From: Kofleriaceae bacterium
Lineage (GTDB): Bacteria > Myxococcota_A > Polyangia > Haliangiales > Haliangiaceae
Assembly (NCBI GenBank): GCA_965215005.1
Contig: CBDCCZ010000012.1
Coordinates: 128,001 to 192,000, forward strand
Direction of reading: 5' to 3'
DNA length: 64,000 nt
Below are positions 16,123 through 27,121 of this stretch, piece by piece. Under the pieces are notes generated by a model. The model was not told where the DNA came from. It was given only the letters and a program-made list of their open reading frames with translations, and did not search any database. Positions within the stretch are counted from its first letter, which is position 1. Each line of letters begins with the position of its first letter. The position numbers and the translations under genes were made by a program.

Positions 16123-16177
16123 ACTAGTGGTTTGCGGCGTAAGCCGGCAAACCACTAGTAAAGCAACAATCGCTTAG
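16123..16177 (+). repeat. CTAG-bounded palindromic element, copy 1 (intergenic)
   Basis: ACTAGTGGTTTGC/GCAAACCACTAGT 13-bp inverted repeat with GTAA loop, plus tail AAAGCAACAATCGCTT shared with the copy at 43846-43898. Confidence 0.8.
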
Positions 16178-16770
16178 TAGTCGAGTCCGACGGTCTGGAA
16201 CAGGTGCTGCGGCATGCGCGCCAAGTCGGTCCGGATCTGCCGCATCGTGCCGTCACGCTCGAGCCCGAGGGTGACCCGCTGACCGGCGCGCCGGCTGCGA
16301 ATCATGTGCACCAGGTCCTGGGAGTCGGCCACTGGTTGGCCATCCACCGCGACGATGACATCGCCCGGAATCACTCCAGCGCCCCGCGCGGGTGAGCCGT
16401 GAAGAACTCGCACCACGCGAGCGCCCGCCGGATCGTGCGCGGTCGCCGCCGCTGACGCATCGGCGGTGACGATGTTGACTCCGAGCCACGTCGGAGCGGT
16501 ATCAGCCCAGCGATGATCGAGGACCACCGCGCGATGAGACACCGCCGACAGGTGCGGGCAACGATGCTCGCGCACAGCGTGCGCCATGTTGCTGAGACCA
16601 AAACCGACGGCGACCCCTGCCAGCGAGCACAACGCCACCAACACGGCCAGCCGCCCACGCTCACTGGGGACCAAGATGGTCTCGCGCTTGAGCGGCGCTG
16701 GTTGGGGAATCGAGCAATTCTCGCGGCGAGTTCTGGGTGCGGTGCTTGCGGTGTCGTCGGCCTGCTTCAT
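16174..16770 (-). CDS. Membrane-anchored PDZ domain protein
   Basis: GGAGG SD before ATG 16770, TM helix, [24 protein letters not shown]. Confidence 0.85.
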   Translation of the reverse strand: MKQADDTASTAPRTRRENCSIPQPAPLKRETILVPSERGRLAVLVALCSLAGVAVGFGLSNMAHAVREHRCPHLSAVSHRAVVLDHRWADTAPTWLGVNIVTADASAAATAHDPAGARVVRVLHGSPARGAGVIPGDVIVAVDGQPVADSQDLVHMIRSRRAGQRVTLGLERDGTMRQIRTDLARMPQHLFQTVGLDY

Positions 16771-16890
16771 GAATACCTCCGTGGGTGCGGCGTTGAGTCT
16801 ATAAGCTTTGCGCCATTCCAGCCGTGAATCCAGGCAAAAGTGCAGGTCCATGGAAGGCCTTTGAGCGCCGTGCTAGCCTCCGCTAACCGC

Positions 16891-19800
16891 GTGAATCCCG
16901 AGGCAAATCCCCAGGCGCATCGGCCGCCGAGACGACGCCATCGGGCCCTGCGGGGGGCGCTCTTCGGTCTCGGAGGTGTGGTCGCGCTGCTGGTGCTGGT
17001 GGTCGGCGTGCTGCGATGGCGGCTGCATGGCGCCGGCTTGGCGACGACCATCGAAGGCCTCATCAACGACAAGATCCGCGGCCGCGTCGACGTCGGCTCC
17101 GTCGAGTGGCCCCTGGAGGCGCTGCCCACCACGGTCACCGGCGGCTGGGTGCCGTTCGTGGTTCGCGACGTGCGCGTCTTCGATGAGCGCGGGGTCAAAG
17201 TCATCGATGCTCCTCTGGCCACCGGCGAGCTCGACGCCCATGCACTGATGTTTGGCGACCACCGGTTCGTGTTTCGCAAGCTGCGAATTCCCAGCGGCGG
17301 ATATGCCCCTCATCGAGGAAGTCACGGAGCCGGTCGCCAGCCACGAGCTCGATCAGGACTCCATCAGCTTGGTGTCGGCGTTCCATGGTGAGCGGCGACC
17401 GAGCTTGAGCGCAGGCATCGGCGGTCTGGGCGGGCCGGTCTTCGACCTGCGCGACTACCAGGTGAATGGGCTTACTCTCGACTTTGCGTTCCCCAAGCGC
17501 AGCTTCTTTGCGACTGCCAAGGAGGTGAGCGGTCGCGGCTTCCTCTACGCGAACGCCGGGAGCCCACTCGCAGGCGCCCTCTACTATTCGCTAACCCCGC
17601 ACGACCGCGCGCGCCACCGTGCGCATCGGGGCGGCGGTGATGCCACTCACCGACGTCGACGTCACCGAGCTCGAGCAACTGCCCACCAGCTGGCCTCGTG
17701 ACCCGCTGGGCAACGACTTTACGTGGAAGGCAACCGCGCGTGCTGCCGGCGGTGGCGTCATCCGAATGGACGGCGCGCTGCGCAACTATTGGATCTACGG
17801 CGATCACGGCAGCTACGATATCGAGCTCACCGCCGAAAATGCCGGCACCGCGCTGCGCACCCTCAGTGGCGGCCATGCCGGCGGCGATGCGCTTTTCCTG
17901 CGTCTGCAAATCGGCGGCTCCATGCTGCGCCCCGCGCTACGCTATTGAAGCCCGCGGGCTCGAGCTAGAGCTGCCACTGCGTGACGGTGAGCCGCTGCGG
18001 CTGCAGGTCCCGCACCTCGTTGCCGGCTACAGCGATGCCGTCGCGGAAGGGTATCTAACGGAAACCCTCGCCTACGGCCTAGGCGGTCAGATGCGCTTGT
18101 CTGGCACCTTCAGCATGACCCCGTACACGTTCGATCTGCGGCTGGCGACGCGCGAGCCGCTAGAGCTCGCACCGCTGCTGCCGCCCAAGGTCGTGGATGC
18201 CGTCGGCAGCCGCCTCACCGGTGAGCTGCACGTGTTCGGCGACGGCCAGGTCCAACATCTCGACGAGCTCGAGCTTTCACTCGGGCGCGCCAAGCTCAGC
18301 GGCGGTCTGGTGCTGACCTCCGAGGCGCTGTGGGCCCAAGGCCTGCGGGTGCGCCTCGGAAGCTCCGCGCTCACGCTCCGCGGCCGCATCGACACCGCCG
18401 CCGAGCAGCTCGACCTGCGCTACGCCGTCGACTCGCGCGACCTGCCGCGCTGGCTCGGCTATGTCGGCGTTCCCGAGGTGGCGCGCGCGCTTTCCGGCAG
18501 CGGCCGGATTCGCGGCAGCTATACGGATCCGCGCGTGACCGCGGCGCTTCGACTTTCCGGGGTGCCTATCGTCGACACCGTCGCCGCCACTCTTTCCTAC
18601 GCCGGCGGGCAAATCGCCTTGCGCCGCGCCGAAACCGCCGGTCTCGGCGGCACCGTCAGCGCCTCCGGGGTGCTGGATTTGAACGCCCGTCCCAAGCTGC
18701 GCAACGCACAGCTCCGCGCGAGTGGTCTCGACCTTGGGCGCCTTCCGCTGCTCGGCCCCTACGTCACAGGTCGCCTCGACGCGACGCTGAGCGCCAGCGG
18801 CTCGCCCGACCGGCTGCGGCTGCAGGCGAGCGCGAGCACCGATGCGCTCACCGTCGCCGGCGATCGCTTCGGGGTCGTGAGTTTGGAGGCCAGCACCGCC
18901 GATGGCGCCGCCGAGCTCGCGCTCCATCTCGAGCGCGACGCGGGCGGCGTGCTCGATCTGCAAGCGGTCGTCGACCAGGCGCTCGAGCTCGGGGGCCAAC
19001 TGCGGGTGCGCGGCCTGCCGCTCCAGTCGCTGCCGCTCGGGGCGAAATCACCCGCAGAGAGCCCCGTCGGCGGCACGCTGAACGCAGAGTTCGCCCTCAG
19101 TGGCACCGCGCGAGCGCCGCTCGCGGAAGGGGTAATTTCGGTGGCCCGCGGCTGGGTCGGCAGTGCCTTTCTCGGAGTTGCCGAGCTGCGCGTCGAGCCG
19201 GCGGGCGCGGGTTTGATGCGCGTACGCGGCCGGGTGATGCAGGGCAAGGCCGAGGTCGAAGGCACCGTCGGCACCGCCGCGCCCTACCCCGCCAACCTGC
19301 AGATCACGCTCCGCCGCGTCGAGCTCGACCAATTCGCGCCCGAGCTGGCCGCTCGCTACGGCGTTCGCGGTTGGGTGAGCGGCACACTGTCGCTCGACAC
19401 GCCGCTTGAACCGACTGGCCAACGGCTACCGAGCGGCCAGCTGCGGCTCACCGAGGCAGTGCTCGTGGTCGACAACGACGATTCGGCCGGTCGACCGGCG
19501 CCCCTGCGGCTGCGCAACGCCGGCGCCGTCGACCTCGACTTCGACGGCAGCACGTTGATGTTCGTCGAGCCCGCCACCTTCGATGGCCCTGGCGGCAGCT
19601 TCACCGTCCAAGGATCGGCGCGCGTCGACGCCCTGGCGTTGCATTTGGCTGGCAACGTCGCACTGGCGATGCTGGAGCCGTACGCGCGCGATACCTTCGA
19701 TGAGATCTCCGGCTCGCTCGAGGTAGCGGTGGACGTCACCGGCTCGCTTGCCGAGCCGCGGCTGCAAGCCCTCATCGATATCTCGGAGCTCGCGGTGCGA

Positions 19801-21411
19801 CCTGCGGGACAAGACGCGGTGGTATCGGTACCCGCAGGCCGCATCCAGCTCACCAACGACCAGATCGCGGTAACCGGCATCGACGTCAACGTGGTGGACG
19901 CCTTCTCCGGCGAGCGCGCCACCTTGACGGTTGCCGGCGGCGTGGCGCTCGATGACTTCGAGCCGGCGATGTGGGCGCTCAATGTCGAGGGGCAGCTAGC
20001 CGGCAAGATGCTGCTCGTGGCCGCGCCGCGGGTGTTCTCGCAAGCCAGCGGCACCGCGCAGCTCAGCTTGGCCATCATCGGTGCCGGAGACACACCCGAC
20101 ATTCACGGCTCGATCGAGTTCGACACCGCTCGGCCGTTCACGATCACGCCGCGCGGGCTGCGGCGCGAGCTCACCTTCACCACCGGCGCGCTGAGCTTCA
20201 CCGAAAGTCGGGTGCAGTTCGACAACGTCGGGGGCCTCATCGACGACGAGGGACGCTTCATCATCGGCCTCGGCTCGGACTGCGAAGAGGCCACGCCGGT
20301 GCGCTGTAGCGAGGTGAGCCTGGCGAACTGGCAGCCGGTCGAGGTCGACGTGACGGTGTCTGCCGATGGACTGCCGTTTCGCGTACCCAAGACGCTAGAG
20401 CTCACGCTCAATCTGGTGGGCGTACGCATCGTCGGCGGTGCCGAAGGCGTAGACATCGCCGGCACCATCGAAGTGGTCGACGGTCGCTACATGCGCGACT
20501 TCAATCTGGGCGAAGCGCTGCGCCCGACCACCGGCCCGTCGGTGCCCGAGGAGCCGTTCTACGAGCAGGTCCCGATGTTGGCCAACGCCAACCTCGATCT
20601 CGCCCTCGATGTGCGTGCGTTCTTCGTGCAAAACAACATCGCCAACATCGAGCTCGGCGGCGCGATCGCGGTCGCCGGCACCCCAGCCGAGCCGAGGCTC
20701 GATGGCGAGATTCAGGTCGAGCAAGGTGCGTTCAAGCTGCAGGGCATGCGCGCGCGGTTCTCGCGGACCCGCGGCTCGGTGGCGTTTTCCGGCTTCAAAC
20801 GGTTTCCCGAGGACACGCCGGTCCTCGACATCACCAGCGAGTCCGACTACCGCGACCCCAGCGGCCAGGATCACTTGATCACGCTCGACATCGAAGGAAC
20901 GTTATCGGCGCTGCAGTGGGAGCTCGGAACCTCCGCAGGCCTCAACAAGGCGCAGACCATTACGTTGCTGGTTTCTGGGCGCACGCCCGATGAGGTTCGC
21001 AGATCGATCGGCGATCAGGCACCCGGCCGCGACCCGCGGCGTATCGATCCATCGACCGCGCCAACCGAGAGCTATAGCGATCAGCTGCTAAAGGACTTGG
21101 CAGGCGACTTCATCTCGCTGTTGGTCGAGGACACGCTGCGCAACATCACCTCGCTCGACGTCGCCCGCCTCGAGATCGGCACCGGTTCGATCGGCTTTCA
21201 CGGCGAGAAGCGCGTCTTCAAGAATTTGCGTTTCCTGGGCGATCTCGAGCAGACGTTGCGCGGCCGCACCTATAGCGCGCGCGGCGAGCTGCGGCTGAGC
21301 GATGCGCTGTCGGTCGAAGGCGAAATCCTCAACAAGGACTTCGCCGATGAGGTCGAGCAGGATGTCTCCGATGAGCGGATTGGCATAGTGTATCGCTTTC
21401 TGCTTCCCTGA
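16891..21411 (+). CDS. TamB/AsmA-like translocation/assembly module protein (frameshifted in N-terminal part)
   Basis: N-terminal TM, long beta-taco repeats, C-terminal TamB-type region ([17 protein letters not shown]). Shifts near 17305, 17600 and 17940. Start approximate. Confidence 0.85.
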
Positions 21412-21419
21412 CGCTGCGC

Positions 21420-24400
21420 ATGCTTCGGCCGCTCCTCATCACCGTGCTGACGGTTTCGGCCTGGTTCGTGCCGCAGGCAACGGCGCAGCCCGCCGACGCG
21501 CCAACTGCCGCGGAACCCGCACCGCCCATCGAGCTCGAACATGGCAGCGACGAGCCGGTCGTAGGCAGTCAAACGCCCCTTCTGCCGCCGTTGCAAGCGC
21601 CCCTGGACCCGCTGCCGGCTCCGGTGCCGGTCGTGGCCGATCCCGAAGACACGCCAGCGCGCGCCGTCGCGCCCGCCGTTGCCCCGCAAGCACCGCCAAT
21701 GCAGTGGCGCGAATGGGACCTCGAGGGTGTCTTGATCGACGACAAGGACACGGTGCGAGCGTTGTTTGCCAGCGTAATGGATCGCCGCCAGACGCTTACC
21801 GCGCCGGCGCGGGCCGAGCTCATCGAGCGCGCCCGCAGCATCGGCTATGAGCTTCTCGATATCGACGCGCGGCCCATGCCTACCGGAGCCACACTCGCGG
21901 TTCTCGTGCTTCGACCGGTGCCGCTGGTACGCAAGCTCGACATCGATATCGACAACGATTGGTGGGACGTTCGAAGCTATCCAGACACCGTCTTCGAAGA
22001 TGAGATTCGCCGGCGCATGCGCCTACGCCAAGGTGCCAGCCTCGCCTCCGATCGCGCCGAGCGAAGTCGCCAGCTGCGCGCCGAGGAGCTGCGAATCCTC
22101 GATTATCTCCGCGACGAGGGCTTCTTCGAGGCGCGCGTCGCAGTCACCGATACGCCCGCGGGTCGATACGCGGCGATCATCGAGGTCGACATCGACAAAG
22201 GCCCTCGCTATCGCGTCGGCCGCGTCACCGTCACCGGCAATGAAGCGGTGCGAGCCAATGAGATCGTCCGCATCTTCCGCCACAAGCTGGTTTGCATCCT
22301 CACCGTCTGCGGTGGCAAGCGCAAGTTCACGCGCGCGCAGCTCAACCGCGACCTCGAAGCGGTGGCCACTCTCTATCAACGCCGCGGCTATCCGGGGGTG
22401 CGGGTACGCACCGACTTCGATCCCACGCGCAGCTTCAATCGCGCCCGCAAAACCGTCGACTTCACCATCAACATCAGCGAGCGGCGCAAGATCGACGTCG
22501 TGTTCCAGGGCAACGACCCTGAGAGAGCGCCAGCCTCGCGCCTGGAGGAGCTGCTCACCTTCGATGCCGAAGGCGCCTACGACGATGTCGAGGTCGACGC
22601 CTCGGCGCAGGCGATTCAAACGTTCTATCAACGACGCGGCTACTTCGAAGCCAACGTCACTTGGGCTCGCGAGCGGTTCAGCTTCTTTGATCGGATCCTC
22701 TTCTACATCGACGAAGGACCGCAGCTCAAAGTCGAAGAGGTGCGCTTCGAAGGCAACAAGAGCCTCTCAGCCGAAGCCCTGCGCGGCGTCGTCGCTACAC
22801 AAGTGTTTCGCTCGCTGCCGATCCTCGGCAGCTCAGGGTTCGTAACCTCCGAGCAACTCGAAGAAGACGTTGCGCGCTTGCGCGATCTGTATCGCCGGCA
22901 AGGCTTCCCTGCGGCCGACGTGCGGGTGCGAGTGGCCCGTGGGCCGAGCGTCATTGGCAACGCTGCAGCTCTAGCCGCCACCGTAGCCGCCGCCACCGCC
23001 GCCGATGAGCTGTACGTGCGATTCTTGATCGATGAGGGGCCGCGGCGCACGGTCGGCAATATCGACTTCACCTTTGCAGGCCCGCACACGCGCAGCGTCA
23101 ATGAGCTGAAAGACGTATTGGACCTGGCGCCGGGCGATCCGCTCTACGACGAGCGTCTCGAGCAGCAAATCAATCGCCTCGGTCGGTTCTACTTTCAGAG
23201 CGGCTATCCCCGCGCTCGGATCGTCGCCAAACCCTCCGTCGACTCCGAGACGGGGGCGGTCAATCTCACCTTCGAGGTCACCGAGTCGCAGCTGGTGGAG
23301 CTCGGCAAAGTGGCAATTCGCGGCAACTTTAAGACTCGCGAGTGGGTCATCCGCGACGAGCTGCGGTTCGAAGAAGGGCAGCCGCTTACCCTCAGCCGCG
23401 CCGAGCGCGGTCAGCAAAACCTGCGCAACACCGCGTTGTTCGACGCCGTGCGGGTGGCCTTCGTCGACTTCGATGATCCTTCGCAGAACCGCGTCAACGT
23501 GGTCGTGCACGTAGAAGAGCGCCACGACCATGGCGGCCAGGTAGCCCTCGGGGCTGGCTATTCAACCCAAAACGAGGCGTTCGTCGATGCGTCATGGACC
23601 GCCGCCAACCTCTTCGGCATTGGGCTCAAAAACGAGCTTCAGACCATCCTCGGCAATCGCATTCAGTCGCTCGACAACAAGATCACTGCGCCGCGCTGGA
23701 TCGCCCGCAAGCTCACCGGCCTCACCGTTCATACCGATCTCTACGGCTTCATTCGCAGCGAGAACACCCGCCGGTTCGGTGACTTGCTCTCGTTTGGCGG
23801 CTCGCTGGCGTTCTCCAAGTCGGGCCGCCACGGGTTCTGGCGCGGATGGCTGTTGTCGCTGCGCTACGACTTGCGCCAACGCGAGCGCGATGAAGATTTG
23901 ATCCGCGTCGCCGGCGCCTCCGACGACATCACGCAGAGCCCGGTCACCACACGCACGGGCGCGCTCGGACCCACCCTGGTCATCGACAAACGTCGCGACA
24001 GCAGCGGACAACCCAATCCACTCGTGCCCGAGAAAGGCTTTCGCCTCGAGCTTCGCGCCTCGCTGGCGCACGAATACCTGTTTGGCCAAAACCGATTCAT
24101 CAAGCTCGGCGTCAGCGGCCAGCATTTCCTCAAGCTCGGCAGCCGGCTGCTCCTCACGCAGGGCGTGCGATACGACCATGGGATTCCGCTTGGCGACGAC
24201 TCGCTGTTGCCCGAAGTCGAGCGCTTCTTTGCCGGCGGCGACACCACCGTTCGAGGCTTTGAGCAAGATCAGCTGGCGACCGAGGTCATCGAGCAGCCGC
24301 TGGCGCCGATCGAGGGCATCACGTCGCTGCGCATCCTGCCCGCTGGCGGCAACGTGCGTTTCATCCACAATCTCGATCTGCAGCTGCGGGTATGGGAGGT

Positions 24401-24629
24401 CTTCGATCTTCCGGTCGCCTCGGCGCTGTTCGTCGACACCGGCCTCATCACCAACTCGGCAGTCGACACAAGAGCTCGCGATCTCCGCCACGCGATCGGA
24501 TTGGCGCTCTTTCGGCTGCTCGCCCCCTTTGGCTCCTTATCGCTCGAATACGCGGTGCCGCTCGATCCTGCGATTGGCGACAACCCACGGGGACGATTTC
24601 ACTTCAACTTCGCGCTGCTGTTCTCGTAA
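21420..24629 (+). CDS. BamA/TamA (Omp85) family outer membrane protein with multiple POTRA domains
   Basis: POTRA repeats (YQRRGY, IDEGP, GNFKTREWVIRDEL), ERFFAGGDTTVRGF, C-terminal FHFNF. Confidence 0.92.
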   Translation: MLRPLLITVLTVSAWFVPQATAQPADAPTAAEPAPPIELEHGSDEPVVGSQTPLLPPLQAPLDPLPAPVPVVADPEDTPARAVAPAVAPQAPPMQWREWDLEGVLIDDKDTVRALFASVMDRRQTLTAPARAELIERARSIGYELLDIDARPMPTGATLAVLVLRPVPLVRKLDIDIDNDWWDVRSYPDTVFEDEIRRRMRLRQGASLASDRAERSRQLRAEELRILDYLRDEGFFEARVAVTDTPAGRYAAIIEVDIDKGPRYRVGRVTVTGNEAVRANEIVRIFRHKLVCILTVCGGKRKFTRAQLNRDLEAVATLYQRRGYPGVRVRTDFDPTRSFNRARKTVDFTINISERRKIDVVFQGNDPERAPASRLEELLTFDAEGAYDDVEVDASAQAIQTFYQRRGYFEANVTWARERFSFFDRILFYIDEGPQLKVEEVRFEGNKSLSAEALRGVVATQVFRSLPILGSSGFVTSEQLEEDVARLRDLYRRQGFPAADVRVRVARGPSVIGNAAALAATVAAATAADELYVRFLIDEGPRRTVGNIDFTFAGPHTRSVNELKDVLDLAPGDPLYDERLEQQINRLGRFYFQSGYPRARIVAKPSVDSETGAVNLTFEVTESQLVELGKVAIRGNFKTREWVIRDELRFEEGQPLTLSRAERGQQNLRNTALFDAVRVAFVDFDDPSQNRVNVVVHVEERHDHGGQVALGAGYSTQNEAFVDASWTAANLFGIGLKNELQTILGNRIQSLDNKITAPRWIARKLTGLTVHTDLYGFIRSENTRRFGDLLSFGGSLAFSKSGRHGFWRGWLLSLRYDLRQRERDEDLIRVAGASDDITQSPVTTRTGALGPTLVIDKRRDSSGQPNPLVPEKGFRLELRASLAHEYLFGQNRFIKLGVSGQHFLKLGSRLLLTQGVRYDHGIPLGDDSLLPEVERFFAGGDTTVRGFEQDQLATEVIEQPLAPIEGITSLRILPAGGNVRFIHNLDLQLRVWEVFDLPVASALFVDTGLITNSAVDTRARDLRHAIGLALFRLLAPFGSLSLEYAVPLDPAIGDNPRGRFHFNFALLFS

Positions 24630-24691
24630 GCCGCTGGGCCGGAGGATGGCGGATCGAGCGCCCGATCCCGGGACACCGCTTCTTGCGCCTG

Positions 24692-24720
24692 TTGACACCG
24701 GGCGACACGTAGATCATTCT
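24692..24720 (+). promoter_or_regulatory. sigma70-type promoter of the small basic ORF
   Basis: TTGACA-17 nt-CATTCT. Confidence 0.5.
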
Positions 24721-24757
24721 TCGGGGCCGTTTCGCACTCGATTGCAGGAGAATTGCT

Positions 24758-24880
24758 ATGGGCCGTGGAGATAGTCGTAAAACCCGCAAAATGCGCCGCA
24801 AGAATAGCCAGAGGAAACTCAAGGAGCGCATCAAGCGCCGCATCCAAGAGGGCAAAGAAGCCGCAAAGAAGAGCAAGTAG
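24758..24880 (+). CDS. 40-aa highly basic small protein (not in ORF track)
   Basis: AGGAG SD 7 nt upstream. MGRGDSRKTRKMRRKNSQRKLKERIKRRIQEGKEAAKKSK, 19/40 K+R. Confidence 0.75.
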   Translation: MGRGDSRKTRKMRRKNSQRKLKERIKRRIQEGKEAAKKSK

Positions 24881-24919
24881 CTCCTCGCCGCGCCGCGCGC
24901 TCAGCCGGCGACCCCTACC

Positions 24920-25402
24920 ATGACTGTCTCCCTCACCCCGGAGGCCTCGCGATGCGTCATGACGCAAATCGTGATGCCCGGCCATACCAACGGCGCGGCT
25001 GGTGTGCTGTTTGGTGGGGTGTTGATGCAGTGGATCGACGTCTGCGCAGGCGTCGCAGCGATGCGTCATGCAGGGGGCGCGGTGGTCACCGCCTCGATCG
25101 ATCGCCTCGACTTTATGGTCCCGGTCAAGCTCGGTGACGTGGTCGTGCTGCTGAGCCAGGTCAACTACGTCTCGCGGACCTCCATGGAGGTCGGCTGCCG
25201 GGTCGAGACCGAAGATATGGCCACCCGCGAGCGTCGCTACACCACCAAAGCCTATCTGACGTTCGTCGCCATCGACGCCGACCATCGCCCCACTCGCGTA
25301 CCAGAGTTGACGCTGGTAACAGCCGTCGACCAACGGCGCTTCGCAGCTGCTCGAGAGCGTCGCAGCGAGCGGCTGCGAGCCGTCGGCAAACGAAAGGGCT
25401 GA
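24920..25402 (+). CDS. Acyl-CoA thioesterase (hotdog fold, YciA-like)
   Basis: [41 protein letters not shown]. Confidence 0.93.
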   Translation: MTVSLTPEASRCVMTQIVMPGHTNGAAGVLFGGVLMQWIDVCAGVAAMRHAGGAVVTASIDRLDFMVPVKLGDVVVLLSQVNYVSRTSMEVGCRVETEDMATRERRYTTKAYLTFVAIDADHRPTRVPELTLVTAVDQRRFAAARERRSERLRAVGKRKG

Positions 25403-25404
25403 CT

Positions 25405-26181
25405 ATGGCAGAGGTCATCGTTGATCAGAGCGACCGGCCGCACGTCGAGGTGACCGGAGCCGACCGGGTCAGGTTCCTCCAGGGCATGTGCACCGCCAAC
25501 GTTGAGACGCTAGCGGTGGGCGCGGCGGTGTTCGCTTCGATGCTTACCGCCAAGGGCCGCGTGGTCACCCAGTTTGAGGTCGTCAAAGAAGCCGACCGGT
25601 TGCTCCTACTATGCGAGCCCGGCCAGGCAACGGTCGCGATCGAGACGCTGTCACGGTACGCCATCATGGACGAGGTCGAGCTCGCGCCGATCGAGCTGAT
25701 GGTGCATCGGCGTTGGCCCGATCCTGCGGCGGTGCTCACCGCGCCGCCGATCTTCGCTGCACCGCCCTCGCCGTCCCCGGCGGCCGAGGTCGAGGTTCGC
25801 CGCATCGAAGGCGGGTTTCCGCGCTATGGGATCGACGTGAGCGAAGCCAACTTTCCCTTCGAAACCCCGCTTGGCCGCTTCATCGATTACGAAAAAGGCT
25901 GCTACATCGGCCAAGAGCCGATCTCCAGGGTGCATTTTCGCGGCAGCGCCAACAAGCAGCTGCGCGGCCTGCACCTCGAAGGCGACGACGTGGCGGCGGT
26001 CGGCAGCGTGGTGAGCCACGAGAGTCGCGCCGACGCGGGCGTCATCACCTCGGCGGCACGCTCGGAAGCCTTTGGCTCCATCGCCCTGGCCTATCTTCAC
26101 CGTTCGGTCTGGGAGCCAGGCAATCGAGTCGCCGTCGCAGGACGACCCGCGACAGTCGTCCTGCTGCCCTTCGGGCAGTAA
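25405..26181 (+). CDS. YgfZ/GcvT-family folate-binding protein
   Basis: TGADRVRFLQG, LTAKGR, KGCYIGQE signature. Confidence 0.92.
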   Translation: MAEVIVDQSDRPHVEVTGADRVRFLQGMCTANVETLAVGAAVFASMLTAKGRVVTQFEVVKEADRLLLLCEPGQATVAIETLSRYAIMDEVELAPIELMVHRRWPDPAAVLTAPPIFAAPPSPSPAAEVEVRRIEGGFPRYGIDVSEANFPFETPLGRFIDYEKGCYIGQEPISRVHFRGSANKQLRGLHLEGDDVAAVGSVVSHESRADAGVITSAARSEAFGSIALAYLHRSVWEPGNRVAVAGRPATVVLLPFGQ

Positions 26182-26283
26182 CGACGCGGCTTTGCGTGCG
26201 ACCCTGGTAACGGGCCTGCGCATCTCGCGTCCTCGCCCGGCGTCGGGCGCACCCCGCCCGAGCAGCCTGCGGCGGCATGCGCG

Positions 26284-26715
26284 CTAAAAGCCGCTCTGCA
26301 GCACCGCGGCGACCAGCCCTACCGCGGCAGCGGAGCACAGCGCGACCATAACGTTGCCCAGCGAGCGCAGCTGGCCCCGCGTCGGCCCAGATTCCGTGGC
26401 CAGCTCCACCAGCGCCGTCGCCTCGACTCCCGCGGGGGGCGTGGCGCGGCGCTTGCGCGCTTCGGCAAGCAACTGCGCTTTGCGCGGCGCGACATCCACC
26501 CCCGGCAGCGGCGGCGCACCGAGCCGCATCGACGAGCGGTCGAAGATATCGACCAGCTGCGGCGCCGAGTCGACATCGTGGCGCGGCTTGAAGATCAGCG
26601 GAAAGCCGCACGCGGGACAACACCCGACCACGCAGTCGCGAGCGACGAAATGACACTGGTAGCAGACTGCCTTGTACGCCGTGCTCGTTGCTTGCTGTGC
26701 TGCCGTGGAAATCAT
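26284..26715 (-). CDS. Hypothetical protein with N-terminal Zn-ribbon and C-terminal TM helix
   Basis: CYQC...CPACGFPL, hydrophobic C-terminus. ATG 26715 has an AGGTG SD-like motif. Confidence 0.6.
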   Translation of the reverse strand: MISTAAQQATSTAYKAVCYQCHFVARDCVVGCCPACGFPLIFKPRHDVDSAPQLVDIFDRSSMRLGAPPLPGVDVAPRKAQLLAEARKRRATPPAGVEATALVELATESGPTRGQLRSLGNVMVALCSAAAVGLVAAVLQSGF

Positions 26716-26755
26716 GACACCTATCTCTCGCTGTCGTCCGGCATTCCCCCTTCTT

Positions 26756-26771
26756 TGCGAAGTCAATGCCA
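26756..26771 (-). promoter_or_regulatory. sigma54 (-24/-12) promoter
   Basis: TGGCATTGACTTCGCA on the minus strand (GG-N10-GC), 40 nt upstream of ATG 26715. Confidence 0.6.
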
Positions 26772-27121
26772 CTCTGCAAACCCTCGTAACCTGCCGATAC
26801 CATTCGCTCAGCCTGGCCACGTCGCGCCTCACGTGCGCTCGCGCCAGGAGAGCGCAACCCTCTGTGTGCGGAGCCCTGCCTCCAGTTCCGCGACATCTCC
26901 TATCCACTTCATCTCAGCTCGCCGATGGCCACGCGTTCGCGCCTGCCCCGCGAGGCGGCCCATCGCGTGTCGTTCGCACTCGATACGATCCCCACTCCCC
27001 TTCAAAAGAGGCAGCCGAACTCCTGCGCTCCATCAGTCTGTAGACAGAACCACAGCGCCGCAGGCAGCGTAACCTGCGGCAGGTACGCTGGTTTTCGCCT
27101 TTCGGCCAGGGGAACTTCAGG

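Noticed and set aside
16800..16820. sigma54 promoter for the PDZ gene (TGGCGCAAAGCTTATA, minus strand)
   Set aside because: Lacks the -12 GC.
27095..27120. Hammerhead ribozyme suggested by GCCGAAAGGCGAAA on the minus strand
   Set aside because: No CUGANGA core directly before the stem, and no stems I/III.
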